Assembly: GCA_964016885.1 (NCBI GenBank)
Contig: OZ024747.1
Span: 29,822,001-29,886,000 of the forward strand
Reading direction: 5' to 3'
Origin: Eledone cirrhosa
Taxonomy: Eukaryota
DNA: 64,000 bases
Both the position numbers and the translations under genes were made by a program. This document shows positions 24,001-36,000 of this stretch, one piece after another; position 1 is the stretch's first letter, and every line of letters starts with the position of its first letter. The notes beneath the pieces were generated by a model that was given only the letters and a program-made list of their open reading frames with translations, was not told where the DNA came from and ran no database searches.

Positions 24001-27000
24001 TTATGGGGGGGTCCGTTTTTTATTTGGGTGCCCCGTTTTTTATTTGGGTACCCCGTTTTTTATTTGGGTGCCCCGTTTTTTATTTGGGTGCCCCGTTTTT
24101 TTATGGGGGAGTCCGTTTTTTATTTGGGTGCCCCGTTTTTTATTTGGGTACCCCGTTTTTTATTTGGGTGCCCCGTTTTTTTATGGGGGGGTCCGTTTTT
24201 TATTTGGGTGCCCCGTTTTTTTATGGGGGGGGGCCGTTTTTTATTTGGGTACCCCGTTTTTTATTTGGGTGCCCCGTTTTTTATTTGGGTACCCCGTTTT
24301 TTATTTGGGTGCCCCGTTTTTTAATGGGGGGGGTCCGTTTTTTATTTGGGTGCCCCGTTTTTTTATGGGGGGGTCCGTTTTTTATTTGGGTGCCCCGTTT
24401 TTTTATGGGGGGGTCCCGTTTTTTATTTGGGTGCCCCGTTTTTTTATGGGGGGGTCCGTTTTTTATTTGGGTACCCCGTTTTTTATTTGGGTGCCCCGTT
24501 TTTTATTTGGGTGCCCCGTTTTTTTATGGGGGGGGCGTTTTTTATTTGGGTACCCCGTTTTTTATTTGGGTGCCCCGTTTTTTTATGGGGGGGGGTCCGT
24601 TTTTTATTTGGGTGCCCCGTTTTTTTTATGGGGGGGTCCGTTTTTTATTTGGGTGCCCCGTTTTTTATTTGGGTACCCCGTTTTTTATTTGGGTGCCCCG
24701 TTTTTTATTTGGGTGCCCCGTTTTTTTATGGGGGAGTCCGTTTTTTATTTGGGTGCCCCGTTTTTTATTTGGGTACCCCGTTTTTTATTTGGGTGCCCCG
24801 TTTTTTTATGGGGGGTCCGTTTTTTATTTGGGTGCCCCGTTTTTTTATGGGGGGGGGCCGTTTTTTATTTGGGTACCCCGTTTTTTATTTGGGTGCCCCG
24901 TTTTTTTATGGGGGGGTCCCGTTTTTTATTTGGGTGCCCCGTTTTATTATTTGGGTGCCCCGTTTTTTTATGGGGGGGGCCGTTTTTTATTTGGGTGCCC
25001 CGTTTTTTTATGGGGGGGGTCCGTTTTTTATTTGGGTACCCCGTTTTTTATTTGGGTGCCCCGTTTTTTTATGGGGGGGGGTCCGTTTTTTATTTGGGTG
25101 CCCCGTTTTTTATTTGGGTGCCCCGTTTTTTTATGGGGGGATCCGTTTTTTATTTGCGTGCCCCGTTTTATATTTGGGTGCCCCGTTTTTTATTTGGGTG
25201 CCCCGTTTTTTTATGGGGGGGTCCGTTTTTTATCTGGGTACCCCGTTTTTTATTTGGGTACCCCGTTTTTTATTTGGGTGCCCCGTTTTTTTATGGGGGG
25301 GGTCCGTTTTTTATTTGGGTGCCCCGTTTTTTTTATGGGTGGGGTCCGTTTTTTATTTGGGTGCCCCGTTTTTTATTTGGGTACCCCGTTTTTTATTTGG
25401 GTGCCCCGTTTTTTATTTGGGTGCCCCGTTTTTTGATGGGGGGGTCCGTTTTTTATTTGGGTGCCCCGTTTTTTATTTGGGTACCCCGTTTTTTATTTGG
25501 GTGCCCCGTTTTTTTATGGGGGGGTCCGTTTTTTATTTGGGTGCCCCGTTTTTTTATGGGGGGGCCGTTTTTTATTTGGGTACCCCGTTTTTTATTTGGG
25601 TGCCCCGTTTTTTTTATGGGGGGGGGTCCGTTTTTTATTTGGGTGCCCCGTTTTTTTATGGGGGGGGTCCGTTTTTTATTTGGATGCCCCGTTTTTTTAT
25701 GGGGGGGTCCCGTTTTTTATTTGGGTGCCCCGTTTTTTTATGGGGAGGGTCCGTTTTTTATTTGGGTGCCCCGTTTTTTTATTGGGGGGTCCCGTTTTTT
25801 ATTTGGGTGCCCCGTTTTTTTATGGGGGGGTCCGTTTTTTATTTGGGTACCCCGTTTTTTATTTGGGTGCCCCGTTTTTTTATGGGGGGGGGTCCGTTTT
25901 TTATTTGGGTGCCCCGTTTTTTTATGGGGGGGTCCCGTTTTTTATTTGGGTGCCCCGTTTTTTTATGGGGGGGTCCCGTTTTTTATTTGGGTGCCCCGTT
26001 TTTTTATGGGGGGTCCGTTTTTTATTTGGGTACCCCGTTTTTTATTTGGGTGCCCCGTTTTTTTATGGGGGGATCCGTTTTTTATTTGGGTGTCCCGTTT
26101 TTTATTTGGGTGTCCCGTTTTTTATGGGGGGGGTCCGTTTTTTATTTGGGTGCCCCGTTTTTTTATGGGGGGGTCCCGTTTTTTATTTGGGTGCCCCGTT
26201 CTTTTATGGGGGGGTCCCGTTTTTTATTTGGGTGCCCCGTTTTTTTATGGGGGGGTCCGTTTTTTATTTGGGTACCCCGTTTTTTATTTGGGTGCCCCGT
26301 TTTTTTATGGGGGGGGTCCGTTTTTTATTTGGGTGCCCCGTTTTTTTTATGGGGGGGTCCGTTTTTTATTTGGGTGCCCCGTTTTTTTATGGGGGGGGTC
26401 CGTTTTTTATTTGGGTACCCCGTTTTTTATTTGGGTGCCCCGTTTTTTTATGGGGGGGGTCCGTTTTTTATTTGGGTGCCCCGTTTTTTTATGGGGGGGG
26501 CCGTTTTTTATTTGGGTGCCCCGTTTTTTTTATGGGGGGGTCCCGTTTTTTATTTGGGTGCCCCGTTTTTTTATGGGGGGGTCCGTTTTTTATTTGGGTG
26601 CCCCGTTTTTTTATGGGGGGGGTCCGTTTTTTATTTGGGTGCCCCGTTTTTTTATGGGGGGGTCCCGTTTTTTATTTGGGTGCCCCGTTTTTTTATGGGG
26701 GGGGTCCGTTTTTTATTTGGGTACCCCGTTTTTTTATGGGGGGGTCCGTTTTTTATTTGGGTGCCCCGTTTTTTTATGGGGGGGTCCGTTTTTTATCTGG
26801 GTACCCCGTTTTTTATTTGGGTACTCCGTTTTTTATTTGGGTGCCCCGTTTTTTTTATGGGGGGGGGTCCGTTTTTTATTTGGGTGCCCCGTTTTTTTTA
26901 TGGGGGGGGTCCGTTTTTTATTTGGGTGCCCCGTTTTTTATTTGGGTACCCCGTTTTTTATTTGGGTGCCCCGTTTTTTATTTGGGTGCCCCGTTTTTTT

Positions 27001-30000
27001 ATGGGGGAGTCCGTTTTTTATTTGGGTGCCCCGTTTTTTTATGGGGGGGGGGTCCGTTTTTTATTTGGGTACCCCGTTTTTTATTTGGGTGCCCCGTTTT
27101 TTTATGGGGGGGGGGTCCGTTTTTTATTTGGGTGCCCCGTTTTTTTATGGGGGTACCCCGTTTTTTATTTGGGTGCCCCGTTTTTTTATGGGGGGGGTCC
27201 GTTTTTTATTTGGGTGCCCCGTTTTTTTATGGGGGGTCCCGTTTTTTATTTGGGTGCCCCGTTTTTTTATGGGGGGTCCCGTTTTTTATTTGGGTGCCCC
27301 GTTTTTTTATGGGGGGGTCCCGTTTTTTATTTGGGTGCCCCGTTTTTTTTATGGGGGGGTCCGTTTTTTATTTGGGTGCCCCGTTTTTTTATGGGGGGGT
27401 CCCGTTTTTTATTTGGGTGCCCCGTTTTTTTATGGAAGGGCCGTTTTTTATTTGGGTGCCCCGTTTTTTTATGGGGGGGGTTCGTTTTTTATTTGGGTAC
27501 CCCGTTTTTTATTTGGGTGCCCCGTTTTTTTATGGGGGGGTCCGTTTTTTAATTGGGTGCCCCGTTTTTTTATGGGGTGGGCCGTTTTTTATTTGGGTAC
27601 CCCGTTTTTTATTTGGGTGCCCCGTTTTTTTATGGGGGGGTCCCGTTTTTTATTTGGGTGCCCCGTTTTATTATTTGGGTGCCCCGTTTTTTTATGGGGG
27701 GGGCCGTTTTTTATTTGGGTGCCCCGTTTTTTTATGGGGGGTCCGTTTTTTATTTGGGTACCCCGTTTTTTATTTGGGTGCCCCGTTTTTTTATGGGGGG
27801 ATCCGTTTTTTATTTGGGTGCCCCGTTTTTTATTTGGGTGTCCCGTTTTTTTATGGGGGGGTCCGTTTTTTATTTGGGTGCCCCGTTTTTTTATGGGGGG
27901 GTCCGTTTTTTATTTGGGTACCCCTTTTTTTATTTGGGTGCCCCGTTTTTTTATGGGGGGGTCCCGTTTTTTATTTGGGTGCCCCGTTTTTTTATGGGGG
28001 GGGTCCGTTTTTTATTTGGGTACCCCGTTTTTTTATGGGGGGGGTCCGTTTTTTATTTGGGTGCCCCGTTTTTTTATGGGGGGGTCCGTTTTTTATCTGG
28101 GTACCCCGTTTTTTATTTGGGTACCCCGTTTTTTATTTGGGTGCCCCGTTTTTTTATGGGGGGGGGTCCGTTTTTTATTTGGGTGCCCCGTTTTTTTTAT
28201 GGGGGGGGTCCGTTTTTTATTTGGGTGCCCCGTTTTTTATTTGGGTACCCCGTTTTTTATTTGGGTGCCCCGTTTTTTATTTGGGTGCCCCGTTTTTTTA
28301 TGGGGGAGTCCGTTTTTTATTTGGGTGCCCCGTTTTTTTATGGGGGGGGGGGTCCGTTTTTTATTTGGGTGCCCCGTTTTTTTTATGGGGGGGTCCGTTT
28401 TTTATTTGGGTACCCCGTTTTTTATTTGGGTGCCCCGTTTTTTTATGGGGGGGGGTCCGTTTTTTATTTGGGTGCCCCGTTTTTTTATGGGGGTACCCCG
28501 TTTTTTATTTGGGTGCCCCGTTTTTTTATGGGGGGGTCCGTTTTTTATTTGGGTGCCCCGTTTTTTTATGGGGGGTCCCGTTTTTTATTTGGGTGCCCCG
28601 TTTTTTTATGGGGGGGTCCCGTTTTTTATTTGGGTGCCCCGTTTTTTTATGGGGGGGGTCCGTTTTTTATTTGGGTGCCCCGTTTTTTTATGGGGGGGTC
28701 CCGTTTTTTATTTGGGTGCCCCGTTTTTTTATGGAAGGGCCGTTTTTTATTTGGGTGCCCCGTTTTTTTATGGGGGGGGTTCGTTTTTTATTTGGGTACC
28801 CCGTTTTTTATTTGGGTGCCCCGTTTTTTTATGGGGGGGTCCGTTTTTTAATTGGGTGCCCCGTTTTTTTATGGGGTGGGCCGTTTTTTATTTGGGTACC
28901 CCGTTTTTTATTTGGGTGCCCCGTTTTTTTATGGGGGGGTCCCGTTTTTTATTTGGGTGCCCCGTTTTATTATTTGGGTGCCCCGTTTTTTTATGGGGGG
29001 GGCCGTTTTTTATTTGGGTGCCCCGTTTTTTTATGGGGGGTCCGTTTTTTATTTGGGTACCCCGTTTTTTATTTGGGTGCCCCGTTTTTTTATGGGGGGA
29101 TCCGTTTTTTATTTGGGTGCCCCGTTTTTTATTTGGGTGTCCCGTTTTTTTATGGGGGGGTCCGTTTTTTATTTGGGTGCCCCGTTTTTTTATGGGGGGG
29201 TCCGTTTTTTATTTGGGTACCCCTTTTTTTATTTGGGTGCCCCGTTTTTTTATGGGGGGGGTCCGTTTTTTATTTGGGTGCCCCGTTTTTTTATGGGGGG
29301 GTCCCGTTTTTTATTTGGGTGCCCCGTTTTTTTATGGGGGGGTCCGTTTTTTATTTGGGTACCCCGTTTTTTATTTGGGTGCCCCGTTTTTTTATGGGGG
29401 GGGTCCGTTTTTTATTTGGGTGCCCCGTTTTTTTTATGGGGGGGTCCGTTTTTTATTTGGGTGCCCCGTTTTTTTATGGGGGGGGTCCGTTTTTTATTTG
29501 GGTACCCCGTTTTTTATTTGGGTGCCCCGTTTTTTTATGGGGGGGGTCCGTTTTTTATTTGGGTGCCCCGTTTTCTTATGGGGGGTGTCCGTTTTTTATT
29601 TGGGTGCCCCGTTTTTTTATGGGGGGGTCCCGTTTTTTATTTGGGTGCCCCGTTTTTTTATGGGGGGGGTCCCGTTTTTTATTTGGGTACCCCGTTTTTT
29701 TATGGGGGGGTCCGTTTTTTATTTGGGTACCCCGTTTTTTATTTGGGTACCCCGTTTTTTATTTGGGTGCCCCGTTTTTTTATGGGGGGTCCGTTTTTTA
29801 TTTGGGTGTCCCGTTTTTTTACGGGGGGGTCCCGTTTTTTATTTGGGTGCCCCGTTTTTTATTTGGGTGCCCCGTTTTTTTATGGGGGGGGGTCCGTTTT
29901 TTATTTGGGTGCCCCGTTTTTTTATGGGGGGGTCCCGTTTTTTATTTGGGTGCCCCGTTTTTTTTATGGGGGGGGGTCCGTTTTTTAATTGGGTACCCCG

Positions 30001-33000
30001 TTTTTTATTTGGGTGCCCCGTTTTTTTATGGGGGGGGGTCCGTTTTTTAATTGGGTACCCCGTTTTTTATTTGGGTGCCCCGTTTTTTTATGGGGGGATC
30101 CGTTTTTTATTTGGGTGCCCCGTTTTTTATTTGGGTGTCCCGTTTTTTTATGGGGGGGGTCCGCTTTTTATTTGGGTGCCCCGTTTTTTATGGGGGGGGT
30201 CCATTTTTTATTTGGGTGCCCCGTTTTTTTATGGGGGGGGTCCGTTTTTTATTTGGGTGCCCCGTTTTTTATGGGGGGGGTCCATTTTTTATTTGGGTGC
30301 CCCGTTTTTTTATGGGGGGGGTCTCGTTTTTTATTTGGGTGCCCCGTTTTTTTATGGGGGGGTCCGTTTTTTATTTGGGTACCCCGTTTTTTATTTGGGT
30401 GCCCCGTTTTTTTATGGGGGGGGTCCGTTTTTTATTTGGGTGCCCCGTTTTTTTATGGGGGGGGTCCGTTTTTTATTTGGGTGCCCCGTTTTTTTATGGG
30501 GGGGTCCCGTTTTTTATTTGGGTGCCCCGTTTTTTATTTGGGTGCCCCGTTTTTTTATGGGGGGGATCCGTTTTTTATTTGGGTGCCCCGTTTTATATTT
30601 GGGTGCCCCGTTTTTTATTTGGGTGCCCCGTTTTTTTATGGGGGGGTCCGTTTTTTATCTGGGTACCCCGTTTTTTATTTGGGTACCCCGTTTTTTATTT
30701 GGGTGCCCCGTTTTTTTATGGGGGGGGTCCGTTTTTTATTTAGGTGCCCCGTTTTTTTTATGGGGGGGGTCCGTTTTTTATTTGGGTGCCCCGTTTTTTA
30801 TTTGGGTACCCCGTTTTTTATTTGGGTGCCCCGTTTTTTATTTGGGTGCCCCGTTTTTTTATGGGGGGGTCCGTTTTTTATTTGGGTGCCCCGTTTTTTA
30901 TTTGGGTACCCCGTTTTTTATTTGGGTGCCCCGTTTTTTTATGGGGGGGATCCGTTTTTTATTTGGGTGTCCCGTTTTATATTTGGGTGCCCCGTTTTTT
31001 ATTTGGGTGCCCCGTTTTTTTATGGGGGGGGTCCGTTTTTTATTTGGGTGCCCCGTTTTTTTTATGGGGGGGTCCGTTTTTTATTTGGGTGCCCCGTTTT
31101 TTATTTGGGTGCCCCGTTTTTTTTATGGGGGGGGTCCGTTTTTTATTTGGGTGCCCCGTTTTTTATTTGGGTACCCCGTTTTTTATTTGGGTGCCCCGTT
31201 TTTTATTTGGGTGCCCCGTTTTTTTATGGGGGGTCCGTTTTTTATTTGGGTGCCCCGTTTTTTATTTGGGTACCCCGTTTTTTTATGGGGGGGTCCGTTT
31301 TTTATTTGGGTACCCCGTTTTTTATTTGGGTGCCCCGTTTTTTTATGGGGGGATCCGTTTTTTATTTGGGTGTCCCGTTTTTTTATGGGGGGTCCCGTTT
31401 TTTATTTGAGTGCCCCGTTTTTTTATGGGGGGGTCCGTTTTTTATTTGGGTACCCCGTTTTTTATTTGGGTGCCCCGTTTTTTTATGGGGGGGGTCCGTT
31501 TTTTATTTGGGTGCCCCGTTTTTTTATGGGGGGGTCCGTTTTTTATTTGGGTGCCCCGTTTTTTTATGGGGGGGTCCCGTTTTTTATTTGGGTGCCCCGT
31601 TTTTTTATGGGGGGATACGTTTTTTATTTGGGTGCCCCGTTTTTTTATGGGGGGGTCCGTTTTTTATTTGGGTACCCCGTTTTTTATTTGGGTGCCCCGT
31701 TTTTTTATGGGGGCGTCCGTTTTTTATTTGGGTGCCCCGTTTTTTTATGGGGGGGGGTCCGTTTTTTATTTGGGTGCCCCGTTTTTTTATGGGGGGGTCC
31801 CGTTTTTTATTTGGGTGCCCCGTTTTTTTATGGGGGGTCCGTTTTTTATTTGGGTACCCCGTTTTTTATTTGGGTGCCCCGTTTTTTTATGGGGGGGTCC
31901 CGTTTTTTATTTGGGTGCCCCGTTTTTTTATGGGGGGGTCCGTTTTTTATCTGGGTACCCCGTTTTTTATTTGGGTACCCCGTTTTTTATTTGGGTGCCC
32001 CGTTTTTTTATGTGGGGGGTCCGTTTTTTATTTGGGTGCCCCGTTTTTTTTATGGGGGGGGTCCGTTTTTTATTTGGGTGCCCCGTTTTTTATTTGGGTA
32101 CCCCGTTTTTTATTTGGGTGCCCCGTTTTTTATTTGGGTGCCCCGTTTTTTTATGGGGGGGTCCGTTTTTTATTTGGGTGCCCCGTTTTTTATTTGGGTA
32201 CCCCGTTATTTTATGGGGGGGCCGTTTTTTATTTGGGTGCCCCGTTTTTTTATGGGGGGGTCCGTTTTTTATTTGGGTACCCCGTTTTTTATTTGGGTGC
32301 CCCGTTTTTTTATGGGGGGGGCCGTTTTTTATTTGGGTGCCCCGTTTTTTTATGGGGGGGGTCCGTTTTTTATTTGGGTGCCCCGTTTTTTATTTGGGTG
32401 CCCCGTTTTTTTATGGGGGGGGTCCGTTTTTTATTTGGGTGCCCCGTTTTTTTAGGGGGGGGGCCGTTTTTTATTTGGGTACCCCGTTTTTTATTTGGGT
32501 GCCCCGTTTTTTTATGGGGGGGTCCCGTTTTTTATTTGGGTGCCCCGTTTTTTTATGGGGGGGTCCGTTTTTTATTTGGGTACCCCGTTTTTTATTTGGG
32601 TGCCCCGTTTTTTTATGGGGGGGGTCCGTTTTTTATTTGGGTGCCCCGTTTTTTTATGGGGGGGTCCGTTTTTTATTTGGGTGCCCCGTTTTTTTATGGG
32701 GGGGTCCCGTTTTTTATTTGGGTGCCCCGTTTTTTTATGGGGGGGGTCCGTTTTTTATTTGGGTACCCCGTTTTTTATTTGGGTGCCCCGTTTTTTTATG
32801 GGGGGGGGGTCAGTTTTTTATTTGGGTGCCCCGTTTTTTATTTGGGTGCCCCGTTTTTTTATGGGGGGGATCCGTTTTTTATTTGGGTGCCCCGTTTTAT
32901 ATTTGGGTGCCCCGTTTTTTATTTGGGTGCCCCGTTTTTTTATGGGGGGGTCCGTTTTTTATCTGGGTACCCCGTTTTTTATTTGGGTACCCCGTTTTTT

Positions 33001-36000
33001 ATTTGGGTGCCCCGTTTTTTTATGGGGGGGTCCGTTTTTTATTTAGGTGCCCCGTTTTTTTTATGGGGGGGGTCCGTTTTTTATTTGGGTGCCCCGTTTT
33101 TTATTTGGGTACCCCGTTTTTTATTTGGGTGCCCCGTTTTTTATTTGGGTGCCCCGTTTTTTTTATGGGGGGGGTCCGTTTTTTATTTGGGTGCCCCGTT
33201 TTTTATTTGGGTACCCCGTTTTTTATTTGGGTGCCCCGTTTTTTATTTGGGTGCCCCGTTTTTTTATGGGGGGTCCGTTTTTTATTTGGGTGCCCCGTTT
33301 TTTATTTGGGTACCCCGTTTTTTTATGGGGGGGTCCGTTTTTTATTTGGGTACCCCGTTTTTTATTTGGGTGCCCCGTTTTTTTATGGGGGGATCCGTTT
33401 TTTATTTGGGTGCCCCGTTTTTTTATGGGGGGGTCCGTTTTTTATTTGGGTACCCCGTTTTTTATTTGGGTGCCCCGTTTTTTTATGGGGGGGGTCCGTT
33501 TTTTATTTGGGTGCCCCGTTTTTTTATGGGGGGGTCCGTTTTTTATTTGGGTGCCCCGTTTTTTTATGGGGGGGTCCCGTTTTTTATTTGGGTGCCCCGT
33601 TTTTTTATGGGGGGGGTCCGTTTTTTATTTGGGTACCCCGTTTTTTATTTGGGTGCCCCGTTTTTTTATGGGGGGGGGGTCAGTTTTTTATTTGGGTGCC
33701 CCGTTTTTTATTTGGGTGCCCCGTTTTTTTATGGGGGGGATCCGTTTTTTATTTGGGTGCCCCGTTTTATATTTGGGTGCCCCGTTTTTTATTTGGGTGC
33801 CCCGTTTTTTTATGGGGGGGTCCGTTTTTTATCTGGGTACCCCGTTTTTTATTTGGGTACCCCGTTTTTTATTTGGGTGCCCCGTTTTTTTATGGGGGGG
33901 TCCGTTTTTTATTTAGGTGCCCCGTTTTTTTTATGGGGGGGGTCCGTTTTTTATTTGGGTGCCCCGTTTTTTATTTGGGTACCCCGTTTTTTATTTGGGT
34001 GCCCCGTTTTTTATTTGGGTGCCCCGTTTTTTTTTATGGGGGGGGTCCGTTTTTTATTTGGGTGCCCCGTTTTTTATTTGGGTACCCCGTTTTTTATTTG
34101 GGTGCCCCGTTTTTTATTTGGGTGCCCCGTTTTTTTATGGGGGGTCCGTTTTTTATTTGGGTGCCCCGTTTTTTATTTGGGTACCCCGTTTTTTTATGGG
34201 GGGGTCCGTTTTTTATTTGGGTACCCCGTTTTTTATTTGGGTGCCCCGTTTTTTTATGGGGGGATCCGTTTTTTATTTGGGTGCCCCGTTTTTTATTTGG
34301 GTGTCCCGTTTTTTTATGGGGGGTCCCGTTTTTTATTTGAGTGCCCCGTTTTTTTATGGGGGGGTCCGTTTTTTATTTGGGTACCCCGTTTTTTATTTGG
34401 GTGCCCCGTTTTTTTATGGGGGGGGTCCGTTTTTTATTTGGGTGCCCCGTTTTTTTATGGGGGGGTCCGTTTTTTATTTGGGTGCCCCGTTTTTTTATGG
34501 GGGGGTCCCGTTTTTTATTTGGGTGCCCCGTTTTTTTATGGGGGGATACGTTTTTTATTTGGGTGCCCCGTTTTTTTATGGGGGGGTCCGTTTTTTATTT
34601 GGGTACCCCGTTTTTTATTTGGGTGCCCCGTTTTTTTATGGGGGCGTCCGTTTTTTATTTGGGTGCCCCGTTTTTTTATGGGGGGGGTCCGTTTTTTATT
34701 TGGGTGCCCCGTTTTTTTATGGGGGGGTCCCGTTTTTTATTTGGGTGCCCCGTTTTTTTATGGGGGGTCCGTTTTTTATTTGGGTACCCCGTTTTTTATT
34801 TGGGTGCCCCGTTTTTTTATGGGGGGGTCCCGTTTTTTATTTGGGTGCCCCGTTTTTTTATGGGGGGGTCCGTTTTTTATCTGGGTACCCCGTTTTTTAT
34901 TTGGGTACCCCGTTTTTTATTTGGGTGCCCCGTTTTTTTATGTGGGGGGTCCGTTTTTTATTTGGGTGCCCCGTTTTTTTTATGGGGGGGGTCCGTTTTT
35001 TATTTGGGTGCCCCGTTTTTTATTTGGGTACCCCGTTTTTTATTTGGGTGCCCCGTTTTTTATTTGGGTGCCCCGTTTTTTTATGGGGGGTCCGTTTTTT
35101 ATTTGGGTGCCCCGTTTTTTATTTGGGTACCCCGTTTTTTTATGGGGGGGGCCGTTTTTTATTTGGGTGCCCCGTTTTTTTATGGGGGATCCGTTTTTTA
35201 TTTGGGTACCCCGTTTTTTATTTGGGTGCCCCGTTTTTTTATGGGGGGGGTCCGTTTTTTATTTGGGTGCCCCGTTTTTTTATGGGGGGGTCCGTTTTTT
35301 ATTTGGGTACCCCGTTTTTTATTTGGGTGCCCCGTTTTTTTATGGGGGGGTCCCGTTTTTTATTTGGGTGCCCCGTTTTTTTATGGGGGGGTCCGTTTTT
35401 TATTTGGGTACCCCGTTTTTTATTTGGGTGCCCCGTTTTTTTATGGGGGGGTCCGTTTTTTATTTGGGTGCCCCGTTTTTTTATGGGGGGGTCCGTTTTT
35501 TATTTGGGTACCCCGTTTTTTTATGGGGGGGTCCCGTTTTTTATTTGGGTGCCCCGTTTTTTTATGGGGGGTCCGTTTTTTATTTGGGTACCCCGTTTTT
35601 TATTTGGGTGCCCCGTTTTTTTATGGGGGGGGTCCGTTTTTTATTTGGGTGCCCCGTTTTTTTATGGGGGGGGGCCGTTTTTTATCTGGGTACCCCGTTT
35701 TTTATTTGGGTACCCCGTTTTTTATTTGGGTGCCCCGTTTTTTATGGGGGGGGTCCGTTTTTTATTTGGGTGTCCCGTTTTTTATTTGGGTGTCCCGTTT
35801 TTTTATGGGGGGGTCCCGTTTTTTATTTGGGTGCCCCGTTTTTTTATGGGGGGGTCCGTTTTTTATTTGGGTACCCCGTTTTTTATTTGGGTGCCCCGTT
35901 TTTTTATGGGGGGGTCCCGTTTTTTATTTGGGTGCCCCGTTTTTTTATGGGGGGGTCCGTTTTTTATTTGGGTGCCCCGTTTTTTATTTGGGTGCCCTGT

